Source: Candidatus Alloscybalousia intestinigallinarum (GTDB lineage: Bacteria; Bacillota_I; Bacilli_A; RF39; UBA660). From it: a stretch of DNA of 64,000 bases. Below the pieces are notes generated by a model. It had not been told where the DNA came from and did no database searches. It saw only the letters and a list, made by a program, of their open reading frames with translations. Each line of letters opens with the position of its first letter. Position 1 is the stretch's first letter. The DNA is taken from the NCBI GenBank assembly GCA_018716115.1, contig DVKF01000005.1:397-64396 (forward strand), given 5' to 3'. Below, piece after piece: positions 1 to 9,082 of this stretch. The position numbers were made by a program, and so were the translations under genes.

Positions 1-3000
1 AGTTCTGAGGTAGATATTAAGAATGAAGGACTACGCAATAAATCTAAGGTAGCTATACTTAAATCTTCAGTATATACACCAATTGGTAAAGAACTAAATC
101 CATGTAAAGATTCACGAACAAAATCTATAGTTACTTTTTCTGGAAGAACTGGAATATTCTTTGCGCGATAAGTATATTGTTGATTTAACGTAGTAATTGT
201 TTCTTTTACCGTTTCTAAAATATGTTCAACATCACTAATATAAGCCGTTTGAAACTCGTAAACCGCTTCTTTCCGAACCAATCCACGACCAGTTATCCGA
301 GAAGGATAAACCCCATTGGTTCTTCCAATAACAGAAGAATATTCAGAATTATCATTAAGTTGTAGAACTAATTTAAGAGAGATATTTTGAACTAAACGAT
401 AACGGATACTATTAATACCAGACGCACTGAGAATAAAATATAAACCATATTTAGCTCCTTCACGAGTTAACTGTAACAAATTTTCTTCATAAACCCCATA
501 AGTATCTAAAAAGGCTTCAAAATTATTAATGATGGTGACTAACATTGGTAACGTTTTTCCACTTTGTTTACAATATAAAGAATAACTACCATTAAAATCA
601 GTAAACAAATCTTTTCTAATTTCTATCTCTTCGTTTAACATCTTAAATAAATTAGTAATCTTTTCTTTATCATCAGACAAGGCAACATCGCCAACATGAG
701 GAGCATCTTTATACATTTTTAATGTCTCTGCTCCTAAATCCATGATATAGAAGTTTACTTCTTCCGGAGAATAAGTCGTCATACTGGAATAAATAATTGT
801 ACTAAGTAAATTTTCTTTTCCACTACCAGATATACCATAAATCGCAACATGTCCATTTTCACTAATCGGTAAAGTCAATAAGTCTTGTCGTTGGTTATTA
901 GGATCATCGAATTCACCAATAATTGGATTTAAGACAAAGTCTTCTTTTTGATAAGCATATTTCTTTTTCATCTCTTCTAAAGAAATAAAATCAGGAATAC
1001 GGTCTAACCATAGTTGTTTCAAATGAATATTATCTTCATTCGCAATACCCACTAAATATTTCATAATATTCGGAAGTTGTTCACCCATATCGACAACTTT
1101 CTTGATTTTCTGATTATTATCATTAACGGTTTTCATCACATGACCAACTTCGTCAATAAAATCTAAAGCGTCATCCATTTTTTTCTGTACTTTTTCTGTT
1201 GGAATATATTTAGCACCACACCAAGCAGATTGTCCTAACGCAAAGAATTCATCATAACCAACTTGTAAATAGAAACGTCCAGTTTCCTTAATCATAGCTG
1301 CATCAGGACGTTTAATCATATCCATACTATCTGATTTACCCTGTACTTTTAAACACACTCTAAATTTACTATTACTCCAAATCTGATCATTAACAACGCC
1401 ACTTGGTTTTTGAGTAGCTAAAATTAAATGTACACCTAAACTACGCCCAATACGAGCAGTAGAAATCAATTGATCCATAAATTCAGGTTGTTGACTTTTA
1501 AGTTCTGCAAACTCATCACTAATAATAAACAAATGAGAAATTGGTTCTTGAACTAATCCTTCTCGATACAACCGTTGATACTTATAAATATCGATAGTTG
1601 CTTCTCCTAAAGCTTCTCGAGCCTGATTAAACATTCGTTGTCTTCTTCTAAGTTCAGATTGAATAGAAGCCAAACTCCTCGTCATCTCGTTAGTATCCAA
1701 GTTAGTAATAGTTCCTACCAAATGAGGAAGTTTTACCCCAGTCTCCCTATTTTCAAAAGCACCAGCTAAGCCACCACCCTTATAGTCAATCAAGACGAAT
1801 TGTACCTCATTAGGATGATAATTAATCGCCATTGATAAAATATAAGTAATGATAAATTCACTTTTTCCACTACCTGTTGAACCAGCTATCAAACCATGAG
1901 GACCATGAAATTTTTCATGTAAATCTAGTTTAAATAATTCACCATTAGGATAAACACCAATCGGTGCTTGTAAAGAGGTAATCGGATCATTCATTCGCCA
2001 GCGATTACGTACATTTAATTGATCAACTAACCCAACACCATACATTTCTAAGAAAGTAATCATATTTGGTAGAGCATCATTCGCATCATCAGAGACAATA
2101 GGAATATTAGATAACTTTTGACTACACGCAGTAAGAGAAATATTAGGAACATAATCCATCACGAAAGTACGTTGTTTAGTCGAAATCATATCGCTTTCTA
2201 CTAATCCTGATGTCTTTTCATGGACATCCATAAAAGTATTACATTCTTTAGGAAGTTCTGAAATACGATTAGCTAGTATCAATAAATGAAAGCCAACATT
2301 TTCTTCTTGATTTAAAATATCTTTAACGATACCTAAATCTTTAACTTTTTTATAATTATCCGTAATGACAATATAATATGGTGGAAAATTCTTATAATCC
2401 GCTTTCTTTTTCGTAGAACTATTATCACTACCCTGACTTCTCTCTGCAAATATAGCTTCTAAATAAGAAGAAATCATTTTCATATTTTCACTATTTGTCG
2501 CAACAAATCGTAATGATTTCTGATTATCCCAACAATGTGGTAAAACTTTTGTGTAGGAATAGCGGACCAAATTATCTTCATCCACTAAAAATACTAGTTT
2601 TAAGTTGGCATAACTATGAAAAGCAATTAACTGTAAAATTAGATTTTGTAAAAATATATATTTCCGGTCTAAATCTCCCATGATAGAAGAAACAGTCCGA
2701 TTTGCAAAAGAAAAACCAACTGGCACATTCATTAAATCGCGTGATTGATTCACAATAGTGTACACTTCTTGAAGTAAATTATCTTCATCAAGAGTGAAAT
2801 GTTCTTCTGGTGCTTTAATATTTAATTCAGCGGGAACCACACCGATTCCTAAACGAACAGCTAAAAAGTCGTTATCGGTAATTCTTCTTTCCCACAAAGT
2901 ACGCTTCTTTACCATAATAATGGCATTACACTCTTCTAATGGAAGATAAATTTCATTAAGCGTTTGAATTTGTTTCTTCATTTCCAATTGAATTTCTGCT

Positions 3001-4043
3001 TCCATCTTCATTAAATATTGATGATATTTTTCTTGACGATACTTCTCACGTTTTATTTTTTGTTTCTTTTGATAACGTCGTGATAAAGTAGGAAGTAAAA
3101 TTGTTCCTAACAACATGGAAAAACACATTACTAAAGAAGGAAGTACAGTATTAAAAGAGCGTGTTCCTTCCATCAACCCCATAATAGCGGTATACCCTGT
3201 CATCAAAGACATCGCACTCATCGTAAGCATAGGACCAATCGTAAAAATGAGGGGAACTTTCTGTGGTTCTTGTTTAGCAGGAGGAGCATCGATTCTAATT
3301 TCTTTTGCTTCTACCGCACTTCTAATTCTTGGCGATTGAGAAAAGTAATCCTCTTCTTGATATAATTCCAAATCAGCAAGTTCAACTTCTGGTAAATCAG
3401 GAGGCAATGCGATACTTGGAGCAGTAGGCTTTTCTTGAAAAAACGTTTTACTTACTTGAACTTTATGATTAGGATTATTAATGACCAAAAAGTTACCCAT
3501 ATAAACAATTCTTAATCCATAAATAAAAATAATATCACCAATTTTCAAAGGAGAGTAACGACCAAGATTTTTTTGATTTACATAAACACCCGAAGTAAAA
3601 GCCTCTAGAAATGGAACATTTTCTTTATACTCCATTTTCGCATGAACATTACCAACTAATGGAAGATCATAAATAATTGCGTTTTCTCCACTACGTCCTA
3701 TCGTAAATGGTTCATTCGGTTTTAATACATCTAAAAGAATGTTACTAGTATCACAATTAGGAGAACAATATAAAATAAACTTTTCAGTCAAATCTCCACT
3801 ACGAAGAAAATAAAACTGATAATCTTCTAAAACGATTTGGTCAGAAATCAACTGATTATCTGACATAATAAACTCTATATCTGTATTACTTTTTGATACC
3901 CAATGGTTATTACTAACAAATATATTGATAAAATCTTTTTTCTTTCCTCTTTTATCAATATAAGAAACCCAATAATTACCTTCAACTCGTTCAGGTAACA
4001 TAAACTCATCTATTTTATTCTCTCTTAAAATTAATAATTTCAT
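1..4043 (-). CDS. essC: Type VII secretion system ATPase EssC (FtsK/SpoIIIE family). It is truncated at the C-terminus by the window edge. The N-terminus MKLLILRENKIDEFMLPERVEGNYWVSY has the FHA domain typical of EssC. Two P-loop domains fall inside the window (GSTGSGKSE...IDYKGGG and GISGSGKENLL).
   Basis: I translated the reverse strand by eye and found one continuous frame from the ATG at 4043 to position 1 with no stop. The track shows no ORF here because the stop lies outside the window. FtsK-type Walker A motifs were read at about 1800-1870 and 790-850. A GGGAG RBS sits 8 nt upstream of the ATG. Confidence 0.85.
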   Translation of the reverse strand, partial: MKLLILRENKIDEFMLPERVEGNYWVSYIDKRGKKKDFINIFVSNNHWVSKSNTDIEFIMSDNQLISDQIVLEDYQFYFLRSGDLTEKFILYCSPNCDTSNILLDVLKPNEPFTIGRSGENAIIYDLPLVGNVHAKMEYKENVPFLEAFTSGVYVNQKNLGRYSPLKIGDIIFIYGLRIVYMGNFLVINNPNHKVQVSKTFFQEKPTAPSIALPPDLPEVELADLELYQEEDYFSQSPRIRSAVEAKEIRIDAPPAKQEPQKVPLIFTIGPMLTMSAMSLMTGYTAIMGLMEGTRSFNTVLPSLVMCFSMLLGTILLPTLSRRYQKKQKIKREKYRQEKYHQYLMKMEAEIQLEMKKQIQTLNEIYLPLEECNAIIMVKKRTLWERRITDNDFLAVRLGIGVVPAELNIKAPEEHFTLDEDNLLQEVYTIVNQSRDLMNVPVGFSFANRTVSSIMGDLDRKYIFLQNLILQLIAFHSYANLKLVFLVDEDNLVRYSYTKVLPHCWDNQKSLRFVATNSENMKMISSYLEAIFAERSQGSDNSSTKKKADYKNFPPYYIVITDNYKKVKDLGIVKDILNQEENVGFHLLILANRISELPKECNTFMDVHEKTSGLVESDMISTKQRTFVMDYVPNISLTACSQKLSNIPIVSDDANDALPNMITFLEMYGVGLVDQLNVRNRWRMNDPITSLQAPIGVYPNGELFKLDLHEKFHGPHGLIAGSTGSGKSEFIITYILSMAINYHPNEVQFVLIDYKGGGLAGAFENRETGVKLPHLVGTITNLDTNEMTRSLASIQSELRRRQRMFNQAREALGEATIDIYKYQRLYREGLVQEPISHLFIISDEFAELKSQQPEFMDQLISTARIGRSLGVHLILATQKPSGVVNDQIWSNSKFRVCLKVQGKSDSMDMIKRPDAAMIKETGRFYLQVGYDEFFALGQSAWCGAKYIPTEKVQKKMDDALDFIDEVGHVMKTVNDNNQKIKKVVDMGEQLPNIMKYLVGIANEDNIHLKQLWLDRIPDFISLEEMKKKYAYQKEDFVLNPIIGEFDDPNNQRQDLLTLPISENGHVAIYGISGSGKENLLSTIIYSSMTTYSPEEVNFYIMDLGAETLKMYKDAPHVGDVALSDDKEKITNLFKMLNEEIEIRKDLFTDFNGSYSLYCKQSGKTLPMLVTIINNFEAFLDTYGVYEENLLQLTREGAKYGLYFILSASGINSIRYRLVQNISLKLVLQLNDNSEYSSVIGRTNGVYPSRITGRGLVRKEAVYEFQTAYISDVEHILETVKETITTLNQQYTYRAKNIPVLPEKVTIDFVRESLHGFSSLPIGVYTEDLSIATLDLLRSPSFLISTSE

Positions 4044-4072
4044 ATCCCGACTCCCATTATTCTTATACAACA

Positions 4073-4102
4073 ATTATACAAAATAAAGGGGTAAAGTGGC
4101 AA
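4073..4102 (-). promoter_or_regulatory. Putative sigma-A promoter for essC: TTGCCA, 18 nt spacer, TATAAT.
   Basis: Hexamers were read on the minus strand between the upstream terminator and the essC start. Confidence 0.35.
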
Positions 4103-4202
4103 GAAAATATAGAAAGAAAGTAAAAATAGAAAATTGTAAAATACAAATTATTAAAAGTTGTCAATCAATTTATTATTAATAACCAATTCTTATATAATCT
4201 TT

Positions 4203-4249
4203 AACAAAAAAAAGATGCTATTGGATTTTATTAGCATCTTTTAAAATAC
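4203..4249 (-). terminator. Rho-independent terminator closing the upstream effector operon, with stem AGATGCTA/TAGCATCT followed by T8 on the minus strand.
   Basis: An 8-bp inverted repeat with an 11-nt loop and a U-tract lies 40 nt downstream of the 4286 stop. Confidence 0.6.
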
Positions 4250-4285
4250 CAAAAAGATTAAATAAAGTTAAAAATTTACTTAATA

Positions 4286-5479
4286 TTATTTGGCTTCGAA
4301 ATAAAAATTCTTAACATCATCAACATCAAAGCTGTAAAAAGCAGTCCCATCTTTTTTCATCAAATCATAGCGATTAGTATCCGAATTATAAACAAGGGAA
4401 TCAAACTTATTATTGTTATTTTCAAAATTAAACTGCACACCAGGTCTAACTAGTCTTGCATTTTCAGGAAAAGGTATAGTTTCATGATTTGAAGATAAAT
4501 TGTCCATATCCACATCATAGCGTCCAGTATCCGGATCTATTGTCGTACCAACTGGCTCAATAGTAGTACCATCCCCAGCTGATACTGATGTTGAATTAGA
4601 ACTGGTGTTTTCTATATCTGTAAAATCATTAAATAAAGCAGCATTTTTATCCATCATAGAACTATCAAGAGTATTTCCCGTTTGACTATCATAAATAGTA
4701 CCACCATTTTCCATATAAGTATAAATTTGCTCCGGAGACCAATTTTTTGCCGTTTCCAAATCCACTTGGGAAGGATAATTTTCGTTACCATTCGAAATAG
4801 AAGAAGTGGTTACGTCTGTATCAGAAGTCCCAACTGAAGCCTCCCCTGCAGTACCATTTTCTAAATCAGCATTCATTTCTTCAGTAAAAGTAGCTACTGC
4901 CTCATCCGTAGCATCAGGAAGATTAACCCCTTCTTCAGTTGTATACCCCATTACCGTACCATCTTTTACTATTTGAATTGTTCCATCCTCTCTTGGAACT
5001 AATTGCAATTCGCCTTCCCAATACTGTTTATGTACCTTATCTTCAGCAATAAAACTTCCCAATGCCGCACTACCTGCAGTAGCTGAAATTTTTGAAAAAT
5101 CAAGTTGACTTGAGGTTATATTTCCATCTCCTAATTTACTTGCTAACTCCAAAGCAGCTAAACTTTCATCTAGTTTCGATTGTAACTCTAAAATTTCTTG
5201 ATCTGATGTTTCATATGTAGCTATTGTTTCATTCACCAAGAAAGAAGCAAACTTTTGTACCCCTTCTACGTATTTATTACAACTCGTAGAAAATACATTA
5301 ATTTGTTCATAAAAATCTTTAGATGATTGTTTATCTTTATAAGTTACACCATTTTCCATTAATGATTCTAATTTTTGCAAAACATCTTTCAAAGCCTGAT
5401 CTAATTCTTCTGACTTAGAAAATAACCTTTGCGAATGCTGAGTTACCGCTTCAACACTTAACCCTAAATTTTGTCCCAT
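4286..5479 (-). CDS. LXG-like putative T7SS substrate or polymorphic-toxin-type protein. It has a helical N-terminal ~120 aa, an S/T/D/N-rich linker and a short C-terminal domain.
   Basis: The ORF track gives 397 aa. The N-terminal pattern LSVEAV...YKDKQSSKDFYEQINVFSTSCNKYVEGVQKF resembles the LXG or YeeF N-domain. It sits in an operon with a WXG100 gene directly upstream, matching the Lap-type adaptor arrangement. Confidence 0.4.
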   Translation of the reverse strand: MGQNLGLSVEAVTQHSQRLFSKSEELDQALKDVLQKLESLMENGVTYKDKQSSKDFYEQINVFSTSCNKYVEGVQKFASFLVNETIATYETSDQEILELQSKLDESLAALELASKLGDGNITSSQLDFSKISATAGSAALGSFIAEDKVHKQYWEGELQLVPREDGTIQIVKDGTVMGYTTEEGVNLPDATDEAVATFTEEMNADLENGTAGEASVGTSDTDVTTSSISNGNENYPSQVDLETAKNWSPEQIYTYMENGGTIYDSQTGNTLDSSMMDKNAALFNDFTDIENTSSNSTSVSAGDGTTIEPVGTTIDPDTGRYDVDMDNLSSNHETIPFPENARLVRPGVQFNFENNNNKFDSLVYNSDTNRYDLMKKDGTAFYSFDVDDVKNFYFEAK

Positions 5480-5490
5480 ATCAAAACCTC

Positions 5491-5817
5491 CTAATTCAAA
5501 TCGCTATCAATAGCTGCCTTTCTAGCATCAGCATTTTCTTGCGTTATCCGAGCGGCTTGTTTTAAACTACGAGCAACACTATCCAAAGTGTCGTTTAAAA
5601 GTTTCAAATCACCATCATATTTTGTAATATTTTTAATATATTCATCTGCGGATTCACCCTTCCAAGCACTCTGTATTTTAGAAACTTCATTAGAAATGTC
5701 CCTTCGTATATCCGCAATTACTTCTGAAGTATGATGAACTATATCAGCGTGATCATTTAAAACAGCAGGTTCATAAGAATAACTCCCACCTACTCCTAAC
5801 CCTATATCATTAGCCAT
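5491..5817 (-). CDS. WXG100 family protein (EsxA-like, or a Lap-like targeting factor).
   Basis: The protein is 108 aa and helical, with a central W-x-G (SAWKGESADEY) at about residue 51. Size and position match the WXG100 family. Confidence 0.75.
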   Translation of the reverse strand: MANDIGLGVGGSYSYEPAVLNDHADIVHHTSEVIADIRRDISNEVSKIQSAWKGESADEYIKNITKYDGDLKLLNDTLDSVARSLKQAARITQENADARKAAIDSDLN

Positions 5818-5913
5818 ATTATTTCACTCTCCTATCATTTTTATCTTTAAGTTAACTATAGCAAAACGAAAAAAAATAGTAAAGTCTTTTACAGAACTTT
5901 ACTAATTTTTACA

Positions 5914-6981
5914 TTAACGATACTTATTTCCACCTGACGTTAGTTGTACTCCTTTAGGACTGCTAGAAGATCGAAATGAGCGAAAGGTATGTGTAGGCTG
6001 TAACTCCCCTTTTAAATACCCTTCGACAATTTGAGCTGTACTTGGATCATATTGATGATTCGCATATTTTTGATAATGACCATCCAAATAAGAAGCGAAT
6101 TGTCCTTTTTCTGTAACAACATCATATGGATTACTTCCACCCCAATTTCCATCTTCTGCACGGTTCATAATGGCTGACATTACATTCTTTACTTCTTCTG
6201 GATTATGCCCAGCTTCATGTTGAACTACCGCACATATGGTATCAAATTGTTCTGGAGTAATGGTATAGTTTGGGGTCGCTACCCCTATGCCAGAAGCAGA
6301 ACTACTAGGCACAGAAGCTTGAGCTAAATTTTCTCCTAAGTGTACGGTTGTCGTAGTAACTGTCTCCTCCGGCTGAGTACCAAGCACTGTTTCTGTCGTA
6401 GCTTGGTTTCCTAAAGGAGTCGTAACCGAAGCAGCAGCCGTTGCTACTGTAGATGCTGCTGCCATATCGCTAACTGTCAAATTAGAAACTGTCGCATCAT
6501 CAGTAGAAGATACTTCTGGATGAGACGCAAGTGAATTTTCTTCAACTACAGGTTGTGCGACTACTGGACTCTCACTAGAAGAAGAAATAGTAAGAGCAGA
6601 AAGATTAGGCGTAATCTCTGTAATTGGAGTAAACGCAGGTGTAGCCACAACTTCGTCTACTAATACTCCTTCCGCACCTAAAGTGGCATTTTGAATTTGA
6701 ATATTATTTTGCACATTAGTCTGTAAAGCTAGGGCAAAATCACTCAAATTATTTCCGATTAAACCAACAAAATTGATTAAATGAATCAAATTAGGCTGAT
6801 AATTAACCAATTCTGTAACATATTGCGTAGCATCGCTACCTACCCAATTATTCTGAATTTGAAAGGCAACTCCATAAATATTTTTTACTGTATCAAGAAC
6901 TCCAGAAACATCTGTATTCTTAATTGTGTTCGCAGTATCCATTAGTACTCTAACATTAGCCAAATAATCAACCATATTCAT
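5914..6981 (-). CDS. Fusion protein with an N-terminal WXG100-like domain (NNWVGSDATQY), a long S/T/A/V-rich linker and a C-terminal SleB-type cell-wall hydrolase domain (Hydrolase_2).
   Basis: The C-terminal AVVQHEAGHNPEEVKNVMSAIMNRAEDGNWGGSNPYDVVTEKGQFASY matches the SleB cell-wall-hydrolase signature (E-A-x-G-E ... V-x-N-R ... GQF). The N-terminal 100 aa have a W-x-G at about residue 45. Its own promoter lies upstream. Confidence 0.6.
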   Translation of the reverse strand: MNMVDYLANVRVLMDTANTIKNTDVSGVLDTVKNIYGVAFQIQNNWVGSDATQYVTELVNYQPNLIHLINFVGLIGNNLSDFALALQTNVQNNIQIQNATLGAEGVLVDEVVATPAFTPITEITPNLSALTISSSSESPVVAQPVVEENSLASHPEVSSTDDATVSNLTVSDMAAASTVATAAASVTTPLGNQATTETVLGTQPEETVTTTTVHLGENLAQASVPSSSASGIGVATPNYTITPEQFDTICAVVQHEAGHNPEEVKNVMSAIMNRAEDGNWGGSNPYDVVTEKGQFASYLDGHYQKYANHQYDPSTAQIVEGYLKGELQPTHTFRSFRSSSSPKGVQLTSGGNKYR

Positions 6982-7014
6982 TACCTCCGTACTTTAATGA
7001 TATATTCTATAAAA

Positions 7015-7043
7015 AGTATAAAAGTTATCCCATTAAAAGTCAA
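7015..7043 (-). promoter_or_regulatory. Sigma-A promoter of the effector operon: TTGACT, 17 nt spacer, TATACT.
   Basis: The hexamer pair has near-consensus spacing about 30 nt upstream of an ACGGAGG RBS. Confidence 0.45.
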
Positions 7044-7047
7044 TGAA

Positions 7048-8025
7048 CTAACCCCTAAAATGACAAATCAATCTTTTCTCATGATTAATCATTTGATAAA
7101 AAAGAAGATCTTCCGTTAAAACAACAATTTCTTTTAAATAAATGGTCTGAGATAAAACTTCCATAATCGCAAGTAAGAGTAATAAAGAAAATTCTTCTAA
7201 CAAAGAAGGAGAAATACCACTAATATAAATGGTCCCACTATATTCCATTTCTTTTTCAAGCACCATAAACGCATCGTAAAATTCTTTAATTATTCGACTT
7301 TCATCTGCATGCTGATTACTAATTTGAGTTAAATTTGAATAATCAGGTAAAAGAGGTATAAACTTTTCTGTGGAAAACTTATTCTGATTAACGTCACTTC
7401 CAATTATAATACCTGAAGCCACATTACCTAAACGAACAGAAACATTCTTACGTAAAATCTTCTGTAAATCATAAAAATGACAACCTAAAATAGAAACATC
7501 ATAAAAAAGTTGGGCTAATTTCAAAAAAGAATAATTCATCGGAATATAATCATTATCAAAATAAAGATGACTACTTCGACAATACGGACATAAACATAAT
7601 CCCTTCTTATTAACCATAGAAATTTTATCCACATAAAACACTTGTAAACAATGATAACAAGCCGCAATATTATTATAGTCCAACTTAGAAACATCACTAC
7701 GATTGTCTTTCAAATTTCTAATTTCTACCAAAATTTCTTTCAAAGAATAATCACTGATTGGTAAATAATCATCAACATATTCTAAAAGACGTTGAATTAA
7801 TAAACGAAGTTGATTATTTTTTACATTTTTTGTATTCGCGATTTTATATAGAGAGATTAACATCTCTTCTTCACTCATCTTAGATATAGGAGTATCAGAA
7901 AAATTCATATAAAGTTGGTGATAATTTCTAGGTACCCGAAGAAAATAAGAGACATCTTCATATAATTGAGGTAAACGTTTTATTTCTAATTTTTGATATT
8001 TTTCTAACCACCAGTATTTCTTCAT
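7048..8025 (-). CDS. Hypothetical protein with Cys pairs (CYHC...CLCPYC).
   Basis: The 325-aa ORF has no recognisable catalytic motif and no TM segment. It lies between the T7SS effector operon and a zinc-ribbon membrane protein. Confidence 0.5.
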   Translation of the reverse strand: MKKYWWLEKYQKLEIKRLPQLYEDVSYFLRVPRNYHQLYMNFSDTPISKMSEEEMLISLYKIANTKNVKNNQLRLLIQRLLEYVDDYLPISDYSLKEILVEIRNLKDNRSDVSKLDYNNIAACYHCLQVFYVDKISMVNKKGLCLCPYCRSSHLYFDNDYIPMNYSFLKLAQLFYDVSILGCHFYDLQKILRKNVSVRLGNVASGIIIGSDVNQNKFSTEKFIPLLPDYSNLTQISNQHADESRIIKEFYDAFMVLEKEMEYSGTIYISGISPSLLEEFSLLLLLAIMEVLSQTIYLKEIVVLTEDLLFYQMINHEKRLICHFRG

Positions 8026-8086
8026 TGATTATAAAACCTCACTATCTATATGTATTATATAGCAAAATCGCTAAAAAAACAAAGCA

Positions 8087-8974
8087 CTATACGGTACTTT
8101 GTTCTCGTGTAAATTCAATGACTTCTAATGTTCTAGGAATATAGAGAATCAATCGATTATAATTTTCTTTATCTAATTTAATTAAAAATCCATCCTGAAA
8201 ATAGGAACTAAGTGAAGATTCACCACTCGAATATTCTAAATTAAGAGAAGTATCTACCCAATAATAGTAATAATCTTGATCAGCAAATATCACATCCCCA
8301 TCTCGAGAAATAGAATAACCACCACTCGCATAAATAGATCCCGTTAAATAATCACTAGAGGTATCTCTGCGATCGAAATAAAGATAATACTTATCATCGA
8401 TATCAGATAAATACAATAATTGATTATCTTCATTTACCCAATATCCATATATTTTTTGTTCATAATACCCAGCCATAAAAGCATCTTTGAAATAATCACC
8501 AATCGTTGTAGAATAACCATTATCTAATACAATATGAATAGAAAATACAGCTAGAATAATCGATAAAATAATGGTAGTAATTCCACCAAAAATACTAAAT
8601 AATAACGAACTAACTTTTACTCCCTTAGAAGCACGTTTTAAATTTACTAAACATAAGATAAACGCTATACAAGCTAGGAGAAGTCCAAGACCCCATTTAA
8701 AAAAACAAAGTGGAATCGCTAAAATAGATAAGACAATCGCAAGATAAGAAAAACGATTATCTACCTCATAATTCTGCTTAAACCGAGGCGAATCCACATA
8801 TTGAATTCTCTCTTTTTTTGAAGATTGTTTCTCAGCATTATCTTCTTTATCTTCCCATAATGAAGTAACGCGATAGGAAGCAAAAGGATCATCATAAGTA
8901 GATAGATGCTCACCACAATAAGGGCAAAATTTAGCATCATTCATAATTTCTGCGCTACATTTTGGACACTTCAT
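8087..8974 (-). CDS. Zinc-ribbon membrane protein with an N-terminal CPKC...CPYCG ribbon, two or more TM helices and a Y/D/S-rich C-terminal domain.
   Basis: The motif MKCPKCSAEI...KFCPYCG is followed by hydrophobic stretches (LAIVLSILAIPLCFF, ITTIILSIILAVFSIHIVL). It is a paralogue of the protein at 55881-56786. Confidence 0.6.
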   Translation of the reverse strand: MKCPKCSAEIMNDAKFCPYCGEHLSTYDDPFASYRVTSLWEDKEDNAEKQSSKKERIQYVDSPRFKQNYEVDNRFSYLAIVLSILAIPLCFFKWGLGLLLACIAFILCLVNLKRASKGVKVSSLLFSIFGGITTIILSIILAVFSIHIVLDNGYSTTIGDYFKDAFMAGYYEQKIYGYWVNEDNQLLYLSDIDDKYYLYFDRRDTSSDYLTGSIYASGGYSISRDGDVIFADQDYYYYWVDTSLNLEYSSGESSLSSYFQDGFLIKLDKENYNRLILYIPRTLEVIEFTREQSTV

Positions 8975-9029
8975 AAAAACACCACCATTTACTATAGTAT
9001 ATCATATCAAAAAAAGAAGAGAATAAAAA

Positions 9030-9062
9030 CAAGAGTATTTTGTCCGATTTGCGGTATAATGA
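9030..9062 (+). promoter_or_regulatory. Putative promoter with a TATAAT -10 at about 9055 for gpsA.
   Basis: A TTGTCC -35-like hexamer and a TATAAT were read upstream of the GAGGAAGTG RBS. Confidence 0.35.
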
Positions 9063-9082
9063 ATATATGAGGAAGTGAAAAA

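Noticed and set aside
2495-3339. Plus-strand ORFs 2495-2683 and 3115-3339.
   Set aside because: They lie entirely inside the minus-strand essC reading frame. They have no RBS, and the 74-aa ORF encodes a low-complexity peptide. They are antisense artefacts.
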